From: an uncultured Solirubrobacterales bacterium
GTDB lineage: Bacteria > Actinomycetota > Thermoleophilia > Solirubrobacterales > 70-9
DNA: 64,000 nucleotides
Direction: 5' to 3'
NCBI GenBank assembly: GCA_963699215.1
Contig: OY969422.1
Location: 723,536-787,535, forward strand
Made by a program: the position numbers and the translations under genes. Below are positions 21,097-29,521 of this stretch, piece by piece. How positions within the stretch are numbered: the stretch's first letter is position 1; each line of letters starts with the position of its first letter. The notes under the pieces were generated by a model. That model was not told the DNA's origin, made no database searches, and was given only the letters and a program-made list of their open reading frames with translations.

Positions 21097-21762
21097 CTAG
21101 AGTTCGGCGCAGATCGCGAACGCCTCGACGGCCCAGTTTTTGGCCGCCGGTTCGTCCGGAAGCTCGCGGGCGAAGGCCGACCAGCCGGTGCGCTGCCCGT
21201 TGGACCCGACGAACGGGTTGGAGCCGGTCACGGCGACCTCTTCGAGTTCTCCGTTGACGCGGGCGCCCCCGCCGATCGCCTGCTTGCTTGCCGGACACGT
21301 CGCGGTGACGGTCTTCGCGCCTTCGTTGTTGCTCGCGCTTTCCGCGTTCACGTAGGTGACGTTCCTGACGACCTGGGCGAGGAAGCTGGTGGAGAGCTTG
21401 CTGCTGCTGACCGCGCCGTCCTGGATCTTGCTGGCGCTCACCGCGTCGTTCTTCAGCTTGCCGGTGGTCACCACGCCGCCGCCGAGCGCCGCCGAGCGCA
21501 CCGCGCCGTTGGCGAGCTTGCCCGCGACTACCGCGCCTTCGGCCAGCTTCGGCGCCGAGACCGCCAGGTTGCGCAGCTTCGCCGTCGTCACCGCGCCGTT
21601 GCGGAGCTTGAGCGCGGTCACCGAGCCGTTGCCGAGGTGCTGGGTCTTGACCGACTTCTTGCCGATCGTCCCGGCCGCGTAGGCGGCGCCGCTCAGCGCC
21701 ACGAACAGCGCGATGCAGGAGAGCAGGTTGGCGGCGGAAAGATGCTTCTTCAACGAGTTCAC
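21097..21762 (-). CDS. Membrane-anchored or secreted protein with about nine tandem decapeptide repeats (xGAVTxxKLx)
   Basis: GTG at 21762 with SD AAGGAG nine nt upstream; signal/anchor LLSCIALFVALSGAAYA. Repeats read NGSVTALKLR NGAVTTAKLR NLAVSAPKLA EGAVVAGKLA NGAVRSAALG GGVVTTGKLK NDAVSASKIQ DGAVSSSKLS. Globular C-terminal domain. Confidence 0.7.
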   Translation of the reverse strand: MNSLKKHLSAANLLSCIALFVALSGAAYAAGTIGKKSVKTQHLGNGSVTALKLRNGAVTTAKLRNLAVSAPKLAEGAVVAGKLANGAVRSAALGGGVVTTGKLKNDAVSASKIQDGAVSSSKLSTSFLAQVVRNVTYVNAESASNNEGAKTVTATCPASKQAIGGGARVNGELEEVAVTGSNPFVGSNGQRTGWSAFARELPDEPAAKNWAVEAFAICAEL

Positions 21763-21784
21763 TCGGTTCTTCTCCTTTGTCGTT

Positions 21785-22000
21785 TCAGGCGCTGCCGAAC
21801 GGCTGCTTGCGGGGCTCGGCGAGGTCATCCAGGATTCGCTCCAGATCGGTCTCGACCAGGCCGGAGCCTTCGCTGGCGCGCAGCTCCACCCGCGTGCCGA
21901 AGCCCTTCTCGGCCATCGTCACCTCTACCCCCTCGACCGTCGCGACCAACTCGGCCAGCTCGGGCTCGGACTTCATCAGCGTCCGCGAGACCTCGATCAT
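21785..22000 (-). CDS. Small hypothetical protein (71 aa)
   Basis: Only the MIEVSRTLMKSEPELAELVATVEGVEV... part of track ORF 21785..22174 looks protein-like. No SD is seen. Confidence 0.4.
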   Translation of the reverse strand: MIEVSRTLMKSEPELAELVATVEGVEVTMAEKGFGTRVELRASEGSGLVETDLERILDDLAEPRKQPFGSA

Positions 22001-22046
22001 TGGAGGCCGCTTCAACCGGCGTCGGGCGGTTCCTCCCCACGAATGA

Positions 22047-22078
22047 ACGTTTGTGCCCCCTATAGGGGGCACAAACGT
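22047..22078. repeat. Perfect 32-nt palindrome ACGTTTGTGCCCCCTA|TAGGGGGCACAAACGT; terminator-like
   Basis: 16 perfectly paired positions, immediately downstream of the mutase gene (stop at 22092). A related copy lies at 1293-1325. Confidence 0.7.
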
Positions 22079-22091
22079 CCATCGTCCGGGG

Positions 22092-23738
22092 CTAGAAGAA
22101 GGCGCCGCCCTTGTACTCGCCGAAGACGTCGCGCATCGCGCCGCAGACCTCGCCGATCGAGGCGTCCGCGGCAAGCGCCGCGCGGATCGGGTGCAGGAGG
22201 TTGCCCTCGCCGCGGGCGACGGCGCGGAGCTCGTCCAGCTTCTGCTCGACCGCGGCCTGGTCGCGGTTCTGCTTGAAGGCCGCCAGGCGCGCCAGCTGCC
22301 GCTGCTCGGACTCGGGGTCGACGCGGAGGATGTCGACGTCGTCGACCTGGTCGGTGACGTATTTGTTGACGCCGACGATGGTGTCCTGGCCGGACTTGTA
22401 GCGCTCGTGGTAGGAGTGCGCCGACTCCTCGATCTCCTTCTGCATGAAGTCCAGCGCCTCGACCGAGCCCCCCATCTGCTCGACCTTGCCGATCAGCTCC
22501 CAGGAGCGCTGTTCGATCTCGTCGGTCAGCGACTCGACGAAGTAGGAGCCGGCGAAGGGGTCGACCGTGTCGGCGACGCCGGACTCGTGGGCGAGCACCT
22601 GCTGGGTGCGCAGGGCGATCCGGGCCGAGCGCTCGGTCGGCAGCGCCAGCGCCTCGTCGAAGCCGTTGGTGTGCAGCGACTGGGTGCCGCCGCTGACCGC
22701 GGCGAAACCCTGCAGGGCGACGCGAATGATGTTGACCTCGGGCTGCTGAGCCTGCAAGGTCACGCCACCGGTCTGCGTGTGGAAGCGGATCTTCATCGAG
22801 TTGGGGTCTTTTGCCCCGAACCGCTCCTCGACGATCTTCGCCCACATCCGCCGCGCGGCGCGGAACTTGGCGACCTCCTGGAAGACGTTGTTGTGGCAGT
22901 TGAAGAAGAAGGCGAGCCGGGTCGCGAACTCGTCGATCTTCAGCCCCCGCTCCAGCGCCGCTTCGACGTAGGCGATCGCGTTGGAGAGGGTGAATGCCAC
23001 CTCCTGCACGGCCGAGCAGCCCTTCTCGCGGATGTGGTAGCCGGAGATCGAGATCGTGTTCCATTTCGGCACGTTCTCGCGGCAGTACTCGAAGATGTCA
23101 GTGGTGAGCCGCATCGTCGGCTCGGGCGGGTAGATGTAGTTGCCGCGTGCCATGTACTCCTTCAGCACGTCGTTCTGGACCGTGCCCCGTAGCTTCTCGG
23201 AGGGGACCCCCTGTTCTTCGCCGACGAGCTCGTAGAGCAGCAGCAGGATCGCCGCCGGGGCGTTGATCGTCATCGAGGTCGAGACCTGGTCGAGCGGGAT
23301 CCGGTCGAAGCAGATCCGCATGTCCTCGATCGTGTCGATCGGGACGCCGGTGCGGCCGACCTCGCCGTTGCAGAGCGGGTCGTCGGAGTCGCGGCCGAGC
23401 TGGGTCGGCAGGTCGAAGGCCATCGAGAGGCCGGTCGAGCCATGCTCGATCAGGTAGCGGTAGCGCTCGTTGGTGTCTTCTGGGGTGGCGAAGCCGGCGT
23501 ACTGGCGCATCGTCCAGAGCCGGTCGCGGTACATCCCCGCGTGGATGCCGCGGGTGAAGGGTGGCTCGCCGGGCTCGCCCAGCCGCTCTTCGAGATCCGG
23601 CGCGACGTCGGCCTCGGTATAGAGGCGGTCGATCTCGATCCCGGAGTCGGTGAAGATCCGCTCGTCATCGGGCCCGACCAGGGGCGCGATCGTGCGGGCG
23701 TTCTCCTCGACAGCGGGCTTGTCGGTCTTGCCGGCCAT
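22092..23738 (-). CDS. Methylmalonyl-CoA mutase large (catalytic) subunit, without a fused B12-binding domain
   Basis: Track ORF 22092..23864. The credible start is MAGKTDKPAVEEN at 23738. Mutase TIM-barrel sequence throughout; the protein ends before any DxHxxG B12 domain. Confidence 0.85.
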   Translation of the reverse strand: MAGKTDKPAVEENARTIAPLVGPDDERIFTDSGIEIDRLYTEADVAPDLEERLGEPGEPPFTRGIHAGMYRDRLWTMRQYAGFATPEDTNERYRYLIEHGSTGLSMAFDLPTQLGRDSDDPLCNGEVGRTGVPIDTIEDMRICFDRIPLDQVSTSMTINAPAAILLLLYELVGEEQGVPSEKLRGTVQNDVLKEYMARGNYIYPPEPTMRLTTDIFEYCRENVPKWNTISISGYHIREKGCSAVQEVAFTLSNAIAYVEAALERGLKIDEFATRLAFFFNCHNNVFQEVAKFRAARRMWAKIVEERFGAKDPNSMKIRFHTQTGGVTLQAQQPEVNIIRVALQGFAAVSGGTQSLHTNGFDEALALPTERSARIALRTQQVLAHESGVADTVDPFAGSYFVESLTDEIEQRSWELIGKVEQMGGSVEALDFMQKEIEESAHSYHERYKSGQDTIVGVNKYVTDQVDDVDILRVDPESEQRQLARLAAFKQNRDQAAVEQKLDELRAVARGEGNLLHPIRAALAADASIGEVCGAMRDVFGEYKGGAFF

Positions 23739-23772
23739 TTGGCGGAGGATATTGGGAGCTGGAGGGCGGGGC

Positions 23773-24720
23773 TCAGTCCGAGGCGCCGGCGAGGCGCTCG
23801 ACCCCGGCCTGCTCGATCGTGCGGCGCAGGCCCTCGCGCAGCTCGACCTGGGGCTCCCAGCCAAGCAGGTCGCGGGCGCGGGAGATGTCGGGCTGGCGTT
23901 GCTGCGGATCGTCGACCGGCAGCGGCTCGTAGACGATCTCCGAACGCGACTCGGTCACCTCGATCACCGTCTTGGCGAGCTCCAGCAAGGTGAACTCGTT
24001 GGGGTTGCCGACGTTGACCGGAGTGTGCACGTCGGACTCGGCGAGAGCGACGATGCCGCGGATCAGGTCGTCGACGTAGCAGAAGCTGCGGGTCTGGCTG
24101 CCGTCGCCGAAGACGGTCAGGTGCTGGTCCTTCAGCGCCTGCCGCAGGAAGGTCGGGATCGCGCGCCCGTCGTGCGCCCGCATCCGCGGCCCGTAGGTGT
24201 TGAAGATGCGGACGATCGAGGTGTCGACGCCCTGCTGGCGGTGGTAGGCCATCGTCAGCGCCTCGGCGTAGCGCTTCGCCTCGTCGTAGACGCCGCGCGG
24301 CCCGATCGGGTTGACGTGGCCCCAGTAGTCCTCCGCCTGCGGGTGGACCTGCGGGTCGCCGTAGACCTCGCTGGTCGAGGCGATCAGGAAGCGGGCGCGC
24401 TTGAACTTGGCCAGGCCGAGCATGTGGTGGGTGCCGTGCGAGCCGACCTTGAGCGTGTGCAGCGGCAGCCGCAGGTAGTCGATCGGGCTGGCCGGCGAGG
24501 CGAGGTGGTAGACGAAGTCGACGTCCTCGGGGATGTCGACCTTCTCGGTGATGTCGATGTTGCGGAAGTCGAAGGCGTCGTCGCGGATGTGCTCGATGTT
24601 CTGCAGCGAGCCCGTCTCCAGGTTGTCGACGCAGATGACGCGGTGCCCCTTGCCGAGCAGGTGCTCGCAGAGGTGTGAGCCGAGGAAGCCGGCGCCGCCG
24701 GTGATCACGCAGGTGCTCAT
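23773..24720 (-). CDS. UDP-glucuronate decarboxylase (UXS-type NAD-dependent epimerase/dehydratase)
   Basis: Start [17 protein letters not shown] at 24720. Motifs [18 protein letters not shown] and [10 protein letters not shown]. Confidence 0.85.
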   Translation of the reverse strand: MSTCVITGGAGFLGSHLCEHLLGKGHRVICVDNLETGSLQNIEHIRDDAFDFRNIDITEKVDIPEDVDFVYHLASPASPIDYLRLPLHTLKVGSHGTHHMLGLAKFKRARFLIASTSEVYGDPQVHPQAEDYWGHVNPIGPRGVYDEAKRYAEALTMAYHRQQGVDTSIVRIFNTYGPRMRAHDGRAIPTFLRQALKDQHLTVFGDGSQTRSFCYVDDLIRGIVALAESDVHTPVNVGNPNEFTLLELAKTVIEVTESRSEIVYEPLPVDDPQQRQPDISRARDLLGWEPQVELREGLRRTIEQAGVERLAGASD

Positions 24721-24872
24721 CGCGCTCGATCCTACAGCGGCCGGTAGTCCGAGACCGCTATCGCCGGTTCGTGCAATTTGCGTTCTTTCCGACCGTCCAC
24801 CCGTCCAGACGGGGGGAGAACCCGGCGCCGTCCCGAGCTTTGCCTGGCATGTTCGAGCCAGGGAGCTGACCG

Positions 24873-26090
24873 GTGCAGGGGGGTGTCGCAACAGCCGGGC
24901 GCAAACGCGCCGCCGTCGAGCTCGTCGCCCGCGAGGGCGCCGAGCTGAGGCAGACCGCGCGCCGCTACTCGCTCTGCGAGGAGGACGCCGAGGACGCTTA
25001 CCAGCGGGCGCTGGAGATCCTCCTGGTCAAAGCGCCGAGCGAGCGCCCGCGCGAGCTGATCCGCTGGATGAAGACCGTGATCAAGCACGAGGCGCTGGCG
25101 ATCCGGCGCAACCGCGAGCGGCTGCTCGGGGTCGGCGAGGACGGGGCGGGGGACCCGATCGCGCGGATCGCGGCGGCGGGCGCCGGCCCGGGGGAGCGCC
25201 TCGAGCTACGCGAGCAGGTCGTCCGCAGCCGCGAGGCGCTGCGGGCGCTGAAGCCCGCCGAGCTGCGCTCCCTGACGCTGCTCGCCGCCGGCTACTCCTA
25301 CGCGGAGATCGGCGAGATCACCGGCTTCAGCCGGACCAAGGTGAACCGCTGCCTGGCCGAGGGCCGGGAGCGCTTTCGCCGTCTGCTCTCGCGCAGCGAG
25401 GACGGCAGCCGCTGCACCGAGCTGGGACCGCAGCTGTCGGCGTACTGCGATGGCGAGGCGGACGAGGCCGGCAGGACCGTCGTGCGCGAGCACCTGCGCG
25501 CCTGCGCCGCCTGCCGCGCCACGATGCGGGCCTACCGTGCGGCCCCCGCCGCCGTCGCCGCCCTCGCGCCCGCCCTGCCGGTCTCGCGCTCGCTCCTCGA
25601 GCGGGCGCAGGAGCTCCTCGTCGGAGCGCACACGCGCATCCTCGGCAGCGGCGGAGCGGGCGACGCCGGCATCGCGCAGGTGGCCACCGCGGGCGGAACT
25701 CGAGGCGTCGGGATGGCGGCCCTCGCCAAGGCGCTGGCAATCTGCGCCGGCACGGTGGGCGGCGCTGCTGCCTGCGTCGCTACCGGAGTCGCCCCAGCAC
25801 CGCTGGGCATCGGGGGGGAGCACCCCACCGAGGCGAGGATCGAGCGCGTGTCCGAGCGCGCGATCGAAGCGGCGGCACCCCCTGTCGTTGAGTACGAGCC
25901 GGCCGAGCAACAGTCTCCGTCGCAACCGGCAGAGAACTCGGAGCCGGAGCCGCAACCCGTGGAGACGCCGGCGCCGGAAACGCCCGACGCGGGCGCGGTC
26001 GAATACGCGCCTCCGCCGGAACCGGCCCCGCCGCCCGTCGAATCGTCCAGTGCCTCCAGCGGCAGCGCCGCCGGGGAGTTCGGCCCGTGA
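24873..26090 (+). CDS. ECF-type sigma-70 factor fused to a zf-HC2 anti-sigma domain, a TM segment and a Pro-rich tail
   Basis: Region 2 ([15 protein letters not shown]...[17 protein letters not shown]) and region 4 ([36 protein letters not shown]). These are followed by [15 protein letters not shown]...[10 protein letters not shown], a hydrophobic segment [27 protein letters not shown], and a P/E-rich C-terminus. Confidence 0.75.
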   Translation: MQGGVATAGRKRAAVELVAREGAELRQTARRYSLCEEDAEDAYQRALEILLVKAPSERPRELIRWMKTVIKHEALAIRRNRERLLGVGEDGAGDPIARIAAAGAGPGERLELREQVVRSREALRALKPAELRSLTLLAAGYSYAEIGEITGFSRTKVNRCLAEGRERFRRLLSRSEDGSRCTELGPQLSAYCDGEADEAGRTVVREHLRACAACRATMRAYRAAPAAVAALAPALPVSRSLLERAQELLVGAHTRILGSGGAGDAGIAQVATAGGTRGVGMAALAKALAICAGTVGGAAACVATGVAPAPLGIGGEHPTEARIERVSERAIEAAAPPVVEYEPAEQQSPSQPAENSEPEPQPVETPAPETPDAGAVEYAPPPEPAPPPVESSSASSGSAAGEFGP

Positions 26091-28084
26091 GCGGCCGCCG
26101 GAGCCTCGCCGGCACTGCGTTGCTCGCCGTGGCGATGGCCTGCATCGCCACGCCCGCCGCCGCCATCCCGCCACGGCCCGCCGACCTCCGGGTCAGGGGC
26201 GGTGAGGACACCTGGCACCGGGAGAACCGCTTCATGCTCGACTGGGCCGCCCCTTCGACTGGCGAGGGTCCCCCGCTCGCCGCCACTCGCTACCGCATCC
26301 GCGATCCGCAGGGCGCGGCGATCGACGAGAGCCGGATCGCCTGGGTGAGCGACGGGATCGCCGCCGTGACCCTGCCCAGCCGGCCGGGTGCCTACACCGC
26401 CGAGGTCTGGTTCGAGGACACCGCGGGGGTACAGGGACCGGCGGCCACCGCCCAACTGCGCTTCGACGACGTCAGGCCGGCGGCGATCGAGCCCGAGCCG
26501 GTCCCCGCGTGGATCGGGCGCACCTCCTTCCCGCTGCGAATCCGGCTCGGCCACCCGGCCGGCCCGGCGCCCGTCTCCGGCATCCGCGGCTACGCCGTGA
26601 CGATCGACGCCGTTCCAGGTGGGAATCCCTGCGCCGCCGCAGACAGCTGCAGCGACGCCGAGACCGCGTTGCGGGGCGGCATCGGCGACGACGAGCTGAC
26701 GGTCGCGGCGCTACCGGAGGGGACCAGCTACCTGCACGCCGTCGCCGTCTCCGGCTCGGGGATGAAGTCGCCCACGAGCGGCCAAGCCGTGCTTCGCGTC
26801 GACACCACCGACCCGATCGTGCGCCTGGCCGGGGCGCCGGGCGACTGGACGAACCGCGCCGTCGCGCTCACCGCCAGCGCCACCGACGCCAGCGCTGGGA
26901 TGGAGCCGGACGGCGACAGCCCGCCGCCGTTCACCGCGATCCGGATCGACGGCGGCGCCCCGATCGTCGCGCCGGGCGACTCCGTCTCCCTCGACGCGAT
27001 CGCCGAGGGAGCGCACCGAATCGCCTACTACGCGCGCGACGCGGCCGGCAACGTCGCCGACGGGGGCGGCGCCAACGGCCTCGCCAACCGGCCGCCGCAA
27101 ACCACCTGGGTGCGAGTCGACCGCACCCCGCCCAACCTCGCCTTTGCCAACTCCCAGGACCCCTCCGACCCCGACCTGCTGCGGGTACGGGTAGGCGACT
27201 CGCTCTCGGGCGCCGACACCTCACGCGGACGGATAGGCGTGCGCCTCGTCGGCTCGGGCGACCGCTTCGAGCCCCTTCCAGCCGCACCGCCGGCGGGCGG
27301 CGAGCTGCGGGCTCGCTGGGACTCGGACGCCTATCCGGCGGGGGAGTACGAGTTCCGGGCCGTCGGCTACGACTCTGCCGGCAACCGGGCGGACACGACG
27401 CAGCGCCGGAACGGCGAGGCGATGGTCCTCTCGAATCCGCTCAAGACGACGACGGCCGTGCGCACGGCCTTTCCCCGCCGGGGAACGCTGCGAGCCGTCC
27501 CCTACGGCCGCGGCGTCCGCTTCGAGGGCGGGCTCGCCACCGGCTCGGGCTCGCCCCTGGGCGGCATGCCGGTGCGGATCGTCGAGCGCTTCGCCGCCGG
27601 CGCCCAGCCGCCGGAGCGTGCGACGGCCGCGTGGACCGGGCCGGGCGGCGGGTTCTCGATCCGCCTGGCGCCCGGTCCGAGCCGGACGATCTCGGTCGGC
27701 TTCGACGGGAGCCCGAGCCTGGCCCGCGCGGCCGGTCGCACCCTGCGGCTCCAGGTGCGGAGCCGGGTCCGCCTGCGGGCCTCCTCGGCGCAGGCCACGG
27801 TCGGCGGCGCACCGCTCGTGTTCCGTGGACGGGTCGACGCGGCGCCCGGGGAGATCCCGGGCGCCGGCAAGTCGGTCCAGCTGCAGTTCCGCCTTCCCGG
27901 CCTGCCCTGGGCGGAGTTCCGCACGATCCAGACCGATCGCCTCGGCCGCTTCCGCCATGCCTACCGCTTCAGCGACGACGACAGCCGCGGCGTCCGCTTC
28001 CAGTTCCGCGCCTACGCGACCGCGCAAGACGACTGGCCCTACGAGCCGGCGGGCTCGCGGCCAGTCGTCGTGCGCGGTCGCTGA
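26087..28084 (+). CDS. Secreted 665-aa hypothetical protein (Ig/FN3-like beta-rich repeats suspected)
   Basis: GTG overlaps the sigma-gene stop (GTGA). Signal peptide LLAVAMACIATPAAA. I recognise no catalytic motif. Confidence 0.6.
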   Translation: MSGRRSLAGTALLAVAMACIATPAAAIPPRPADLRVRGGEDTWHRENRFMLDWAAPSTGEGPPLAATRYRIRDPQGAAIDESRIAWVSDGIAAVTLPSRPGAYTAEVWFEDTAGVQGPAATAQLRFDDVRPAAIEPEPVPAWIGRTSFPLRIRLGHPAGPAPVSGIRGYAVTIDAVPGGNPCAAADSCSDAETALRGGIGDDELTVAALPEGTSYLHAVAVSGSGMKSPTSGQAVLRVDTTDPIVRLAGAPGDWTNRAVALTASATDASAGMEPDGDSPPPFTAIRIDGGAPIVAPGDSVSLDAIAEGAHRIAYYARDAAGNVADGGGANGLANRPPQTTWVRVDRTPPNLAFANSQDPSDPDLLRVRVGDSLSGADTSRGRIGVRLVGSGDRFEPLPAAPPAGGELRARWDSDAYPAGEYEFRAVGYDSAGNRADTTQRRNGEAMVLSNPLKTTTAVRTAFPRRGTLRAVPYGRGVRFEGGLATGSGSPLGGMPVRIVERFAAGAQPPERATAAWTGPGGGFSIRLAPGPSRTISVGFDGSPSLARAAGRTLRLQVRSRVRLRASSAQATVGGAPLVFRGRVDAAPGEIPGAGKSVQLQFRLPGLPWAEFRTIQTDRLGRFRHAYRFSDDDSRGVRFQFRAYATAQDDWPYEPAGSRPVVVRGR

Positions 28085-28090
28085 GTGGGG

Positions 28091-28567
28091 TTAGCGCAGG
28101 GCCGTGAGCTGCTCGCCGACCTGGTCGACAAGCCCTTGGGCGCGCGAGGTCTGATCCTCGATCGCCCTGCGCACGCGCTGCTCGACCTCGGTGCGGTTGC
28201 GCTTCAGCGCGGTCTCGACGCGCTGCTGGCGCTTGCGGGCCTCGCGCTCGACCCTGTTGCGGGTCTTCCTCGCCTCGACGCTCGCTTTGCGACGGGCGCC
28301 GGTGCCGCGGCGCTCGGTGCGCTTCACCGTGCGGCGCAGCTGAGTGCCGTAGGACTTGAGCTGCTTCTGCGCCGCCGTGCGGCCGGCGAAAGGCTCGACC
28401 AGCTCGGCCACGCGGTCGCCGACCTCGAGCACGGCACCGACCGGCAGGTCGACGGCGCTTTCGGCTGCGGCGCGGGCCTGCTCGGCGCGGGAGGGGACGG
28501 GGGCGCTTTTAGCTTTCGATTTCGGTTTCGGTTTGGAGCTGCTTGCTTTAACGGACTTACTTGCCAA
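28091..28567 (-). CDS. Highly basic coiled-coil protein with a Lys-rich N-terminal tail (HbhA/histone-like character)
   Basis: MASKSVKASSSKPKPKSKAKSAP..., followed by Arg/Glu-rich heptad-like sequence. Confidence 0.5.
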   Translation of the reverse strand: MASKSVKASSSKPKPKSKAKSAPVPSRAEQARAAAESAVDLPVGAVLEVGDRVAELVEPFAGRTAAQKQLKSYGTQLRRTVKRTERRGTGARRKASVEARKTRNRVEREARKRQQRVETALKRNRTEVEQRVRRAIEDQTSRAQGLVDQVGEQLTALR

Positions 28568-28645
28568 CGAAGATCATCCCTTCGGGGTGGTTTGTCGGGG
28601 GATGCTCGCGAGTGTAGCGAACATACGTTCTTCCGAACACTTGTT

Positions 28646-29470
28646 CTAAACCGGCTCTCCCGATGCGTTACGGATGGTCGCCAAGCCCTGCCTCCCGGCC
28701 GCAGCGGCGATCGGGTAGCGGGCGTCGAGGCCGAGGTCCGCTTCGCTCAGCTCCAGGTCGCCGAAGGCGACGAACCCGCCGGCCTCGCGGGCGATCAGCT
28801 GGGCGGCGGCGATGTCGACCGAGCGGCAGGGCCGTAGGCTGAGCATCCCGTCGAGGCGCCCGGCGGCGACGTAGCAGGCGGTGATCGCGATCGAGCCGAT
28901 CACCCGCAGGCGGAAGACCCTTCCGTCCAGAGCCTCCGCCAGGGGCAGCATGCGCCCCGGCGCGGCCGACTCGACCCCGAGCAGCTCCAGCTTCTCGCCG
29001 TCGGCGGCGACCTCGACCCGACGGTCGTCGAGGGCCGCACCCTCCCCCCTGGCAGCGGCGAACTCCTCGCCGGCGCCGAAGTCGAAGACGTAGCCGAACT
29101 CGACGTCGGCCATCGAGGGGCCCGAGGCGACGGCGATGCTGAGGCTGTGCGAGGGAAGCGTGCGGCGTGCGTTGAGCGAGCCGTCGATCGGGTCGATCAC
29201 GACCCGCGCCGGCCCCCCCGCGCCGAAGGCGACCTCCCCCCGCTCCTCCGAGATCGCGACGAAGGAGGCGCCCGTCTCAGCCAGCTGCTCGAGCTCGGCG
29301 AAGACCACGTCCTCGCAGCGGCGGTCGATGACGAGGCTGCGGTCGCCTCCCTCGCCCACCCCCTCGTACTCGGTGCGCTCCTCGCGTCCCGGCGTCTGCT
29401 CGAAGAGGCGCGATTGGGCAGCGACGATGCGTCGGCAGATCTCCATCCAATCTGCGGAGAAGACGTCCAC
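28646..29470 (-). CDS. Inositol monophosphatase / FBPase family protein
   Basis: Motifs ISEERGE, VIDPIDGSLN and VDIAAAQLIAREAGG. Confidence 0.85.
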   Translation of the reverse strand: MDVFSADWMEICRRIVAAQSRLFEQTPGREERTEYEGVGEGGDRSLVIDRRCEDVVFAELEQLAETGASFVAISEERGEVAFGAGGPARVVIDPIDGSLNARRTLPSHSLSIAVASGPSMADVEFGYVFDFGAGEEFAAARGEGAALDDRRVEVAADGEKLELLGVESAAPGRMLPLAEALDGRVFRLRVIGSIAITACYVAAGRLDGMLSLRPCRSVDIAAAQLIAREAGGFVAFGDLELSEADLGLDARYPIAAAAGRQGLATIRNASGEPV

Positions 29471-29521
29471 GGGACGATCCTATGGGGGCGCCCCGAGCAA
29501 GCGTCCAGGTAGCGTTGGACC

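Noticed and set aside
21785-22000. B12-binding small subunit of the adjacent methylmalonyl-CoA mutase
   Set aside because: The 71-aa product has no DxHxxG cobalamin-binding motif and is too short for the Rossmann-like B12 domain.
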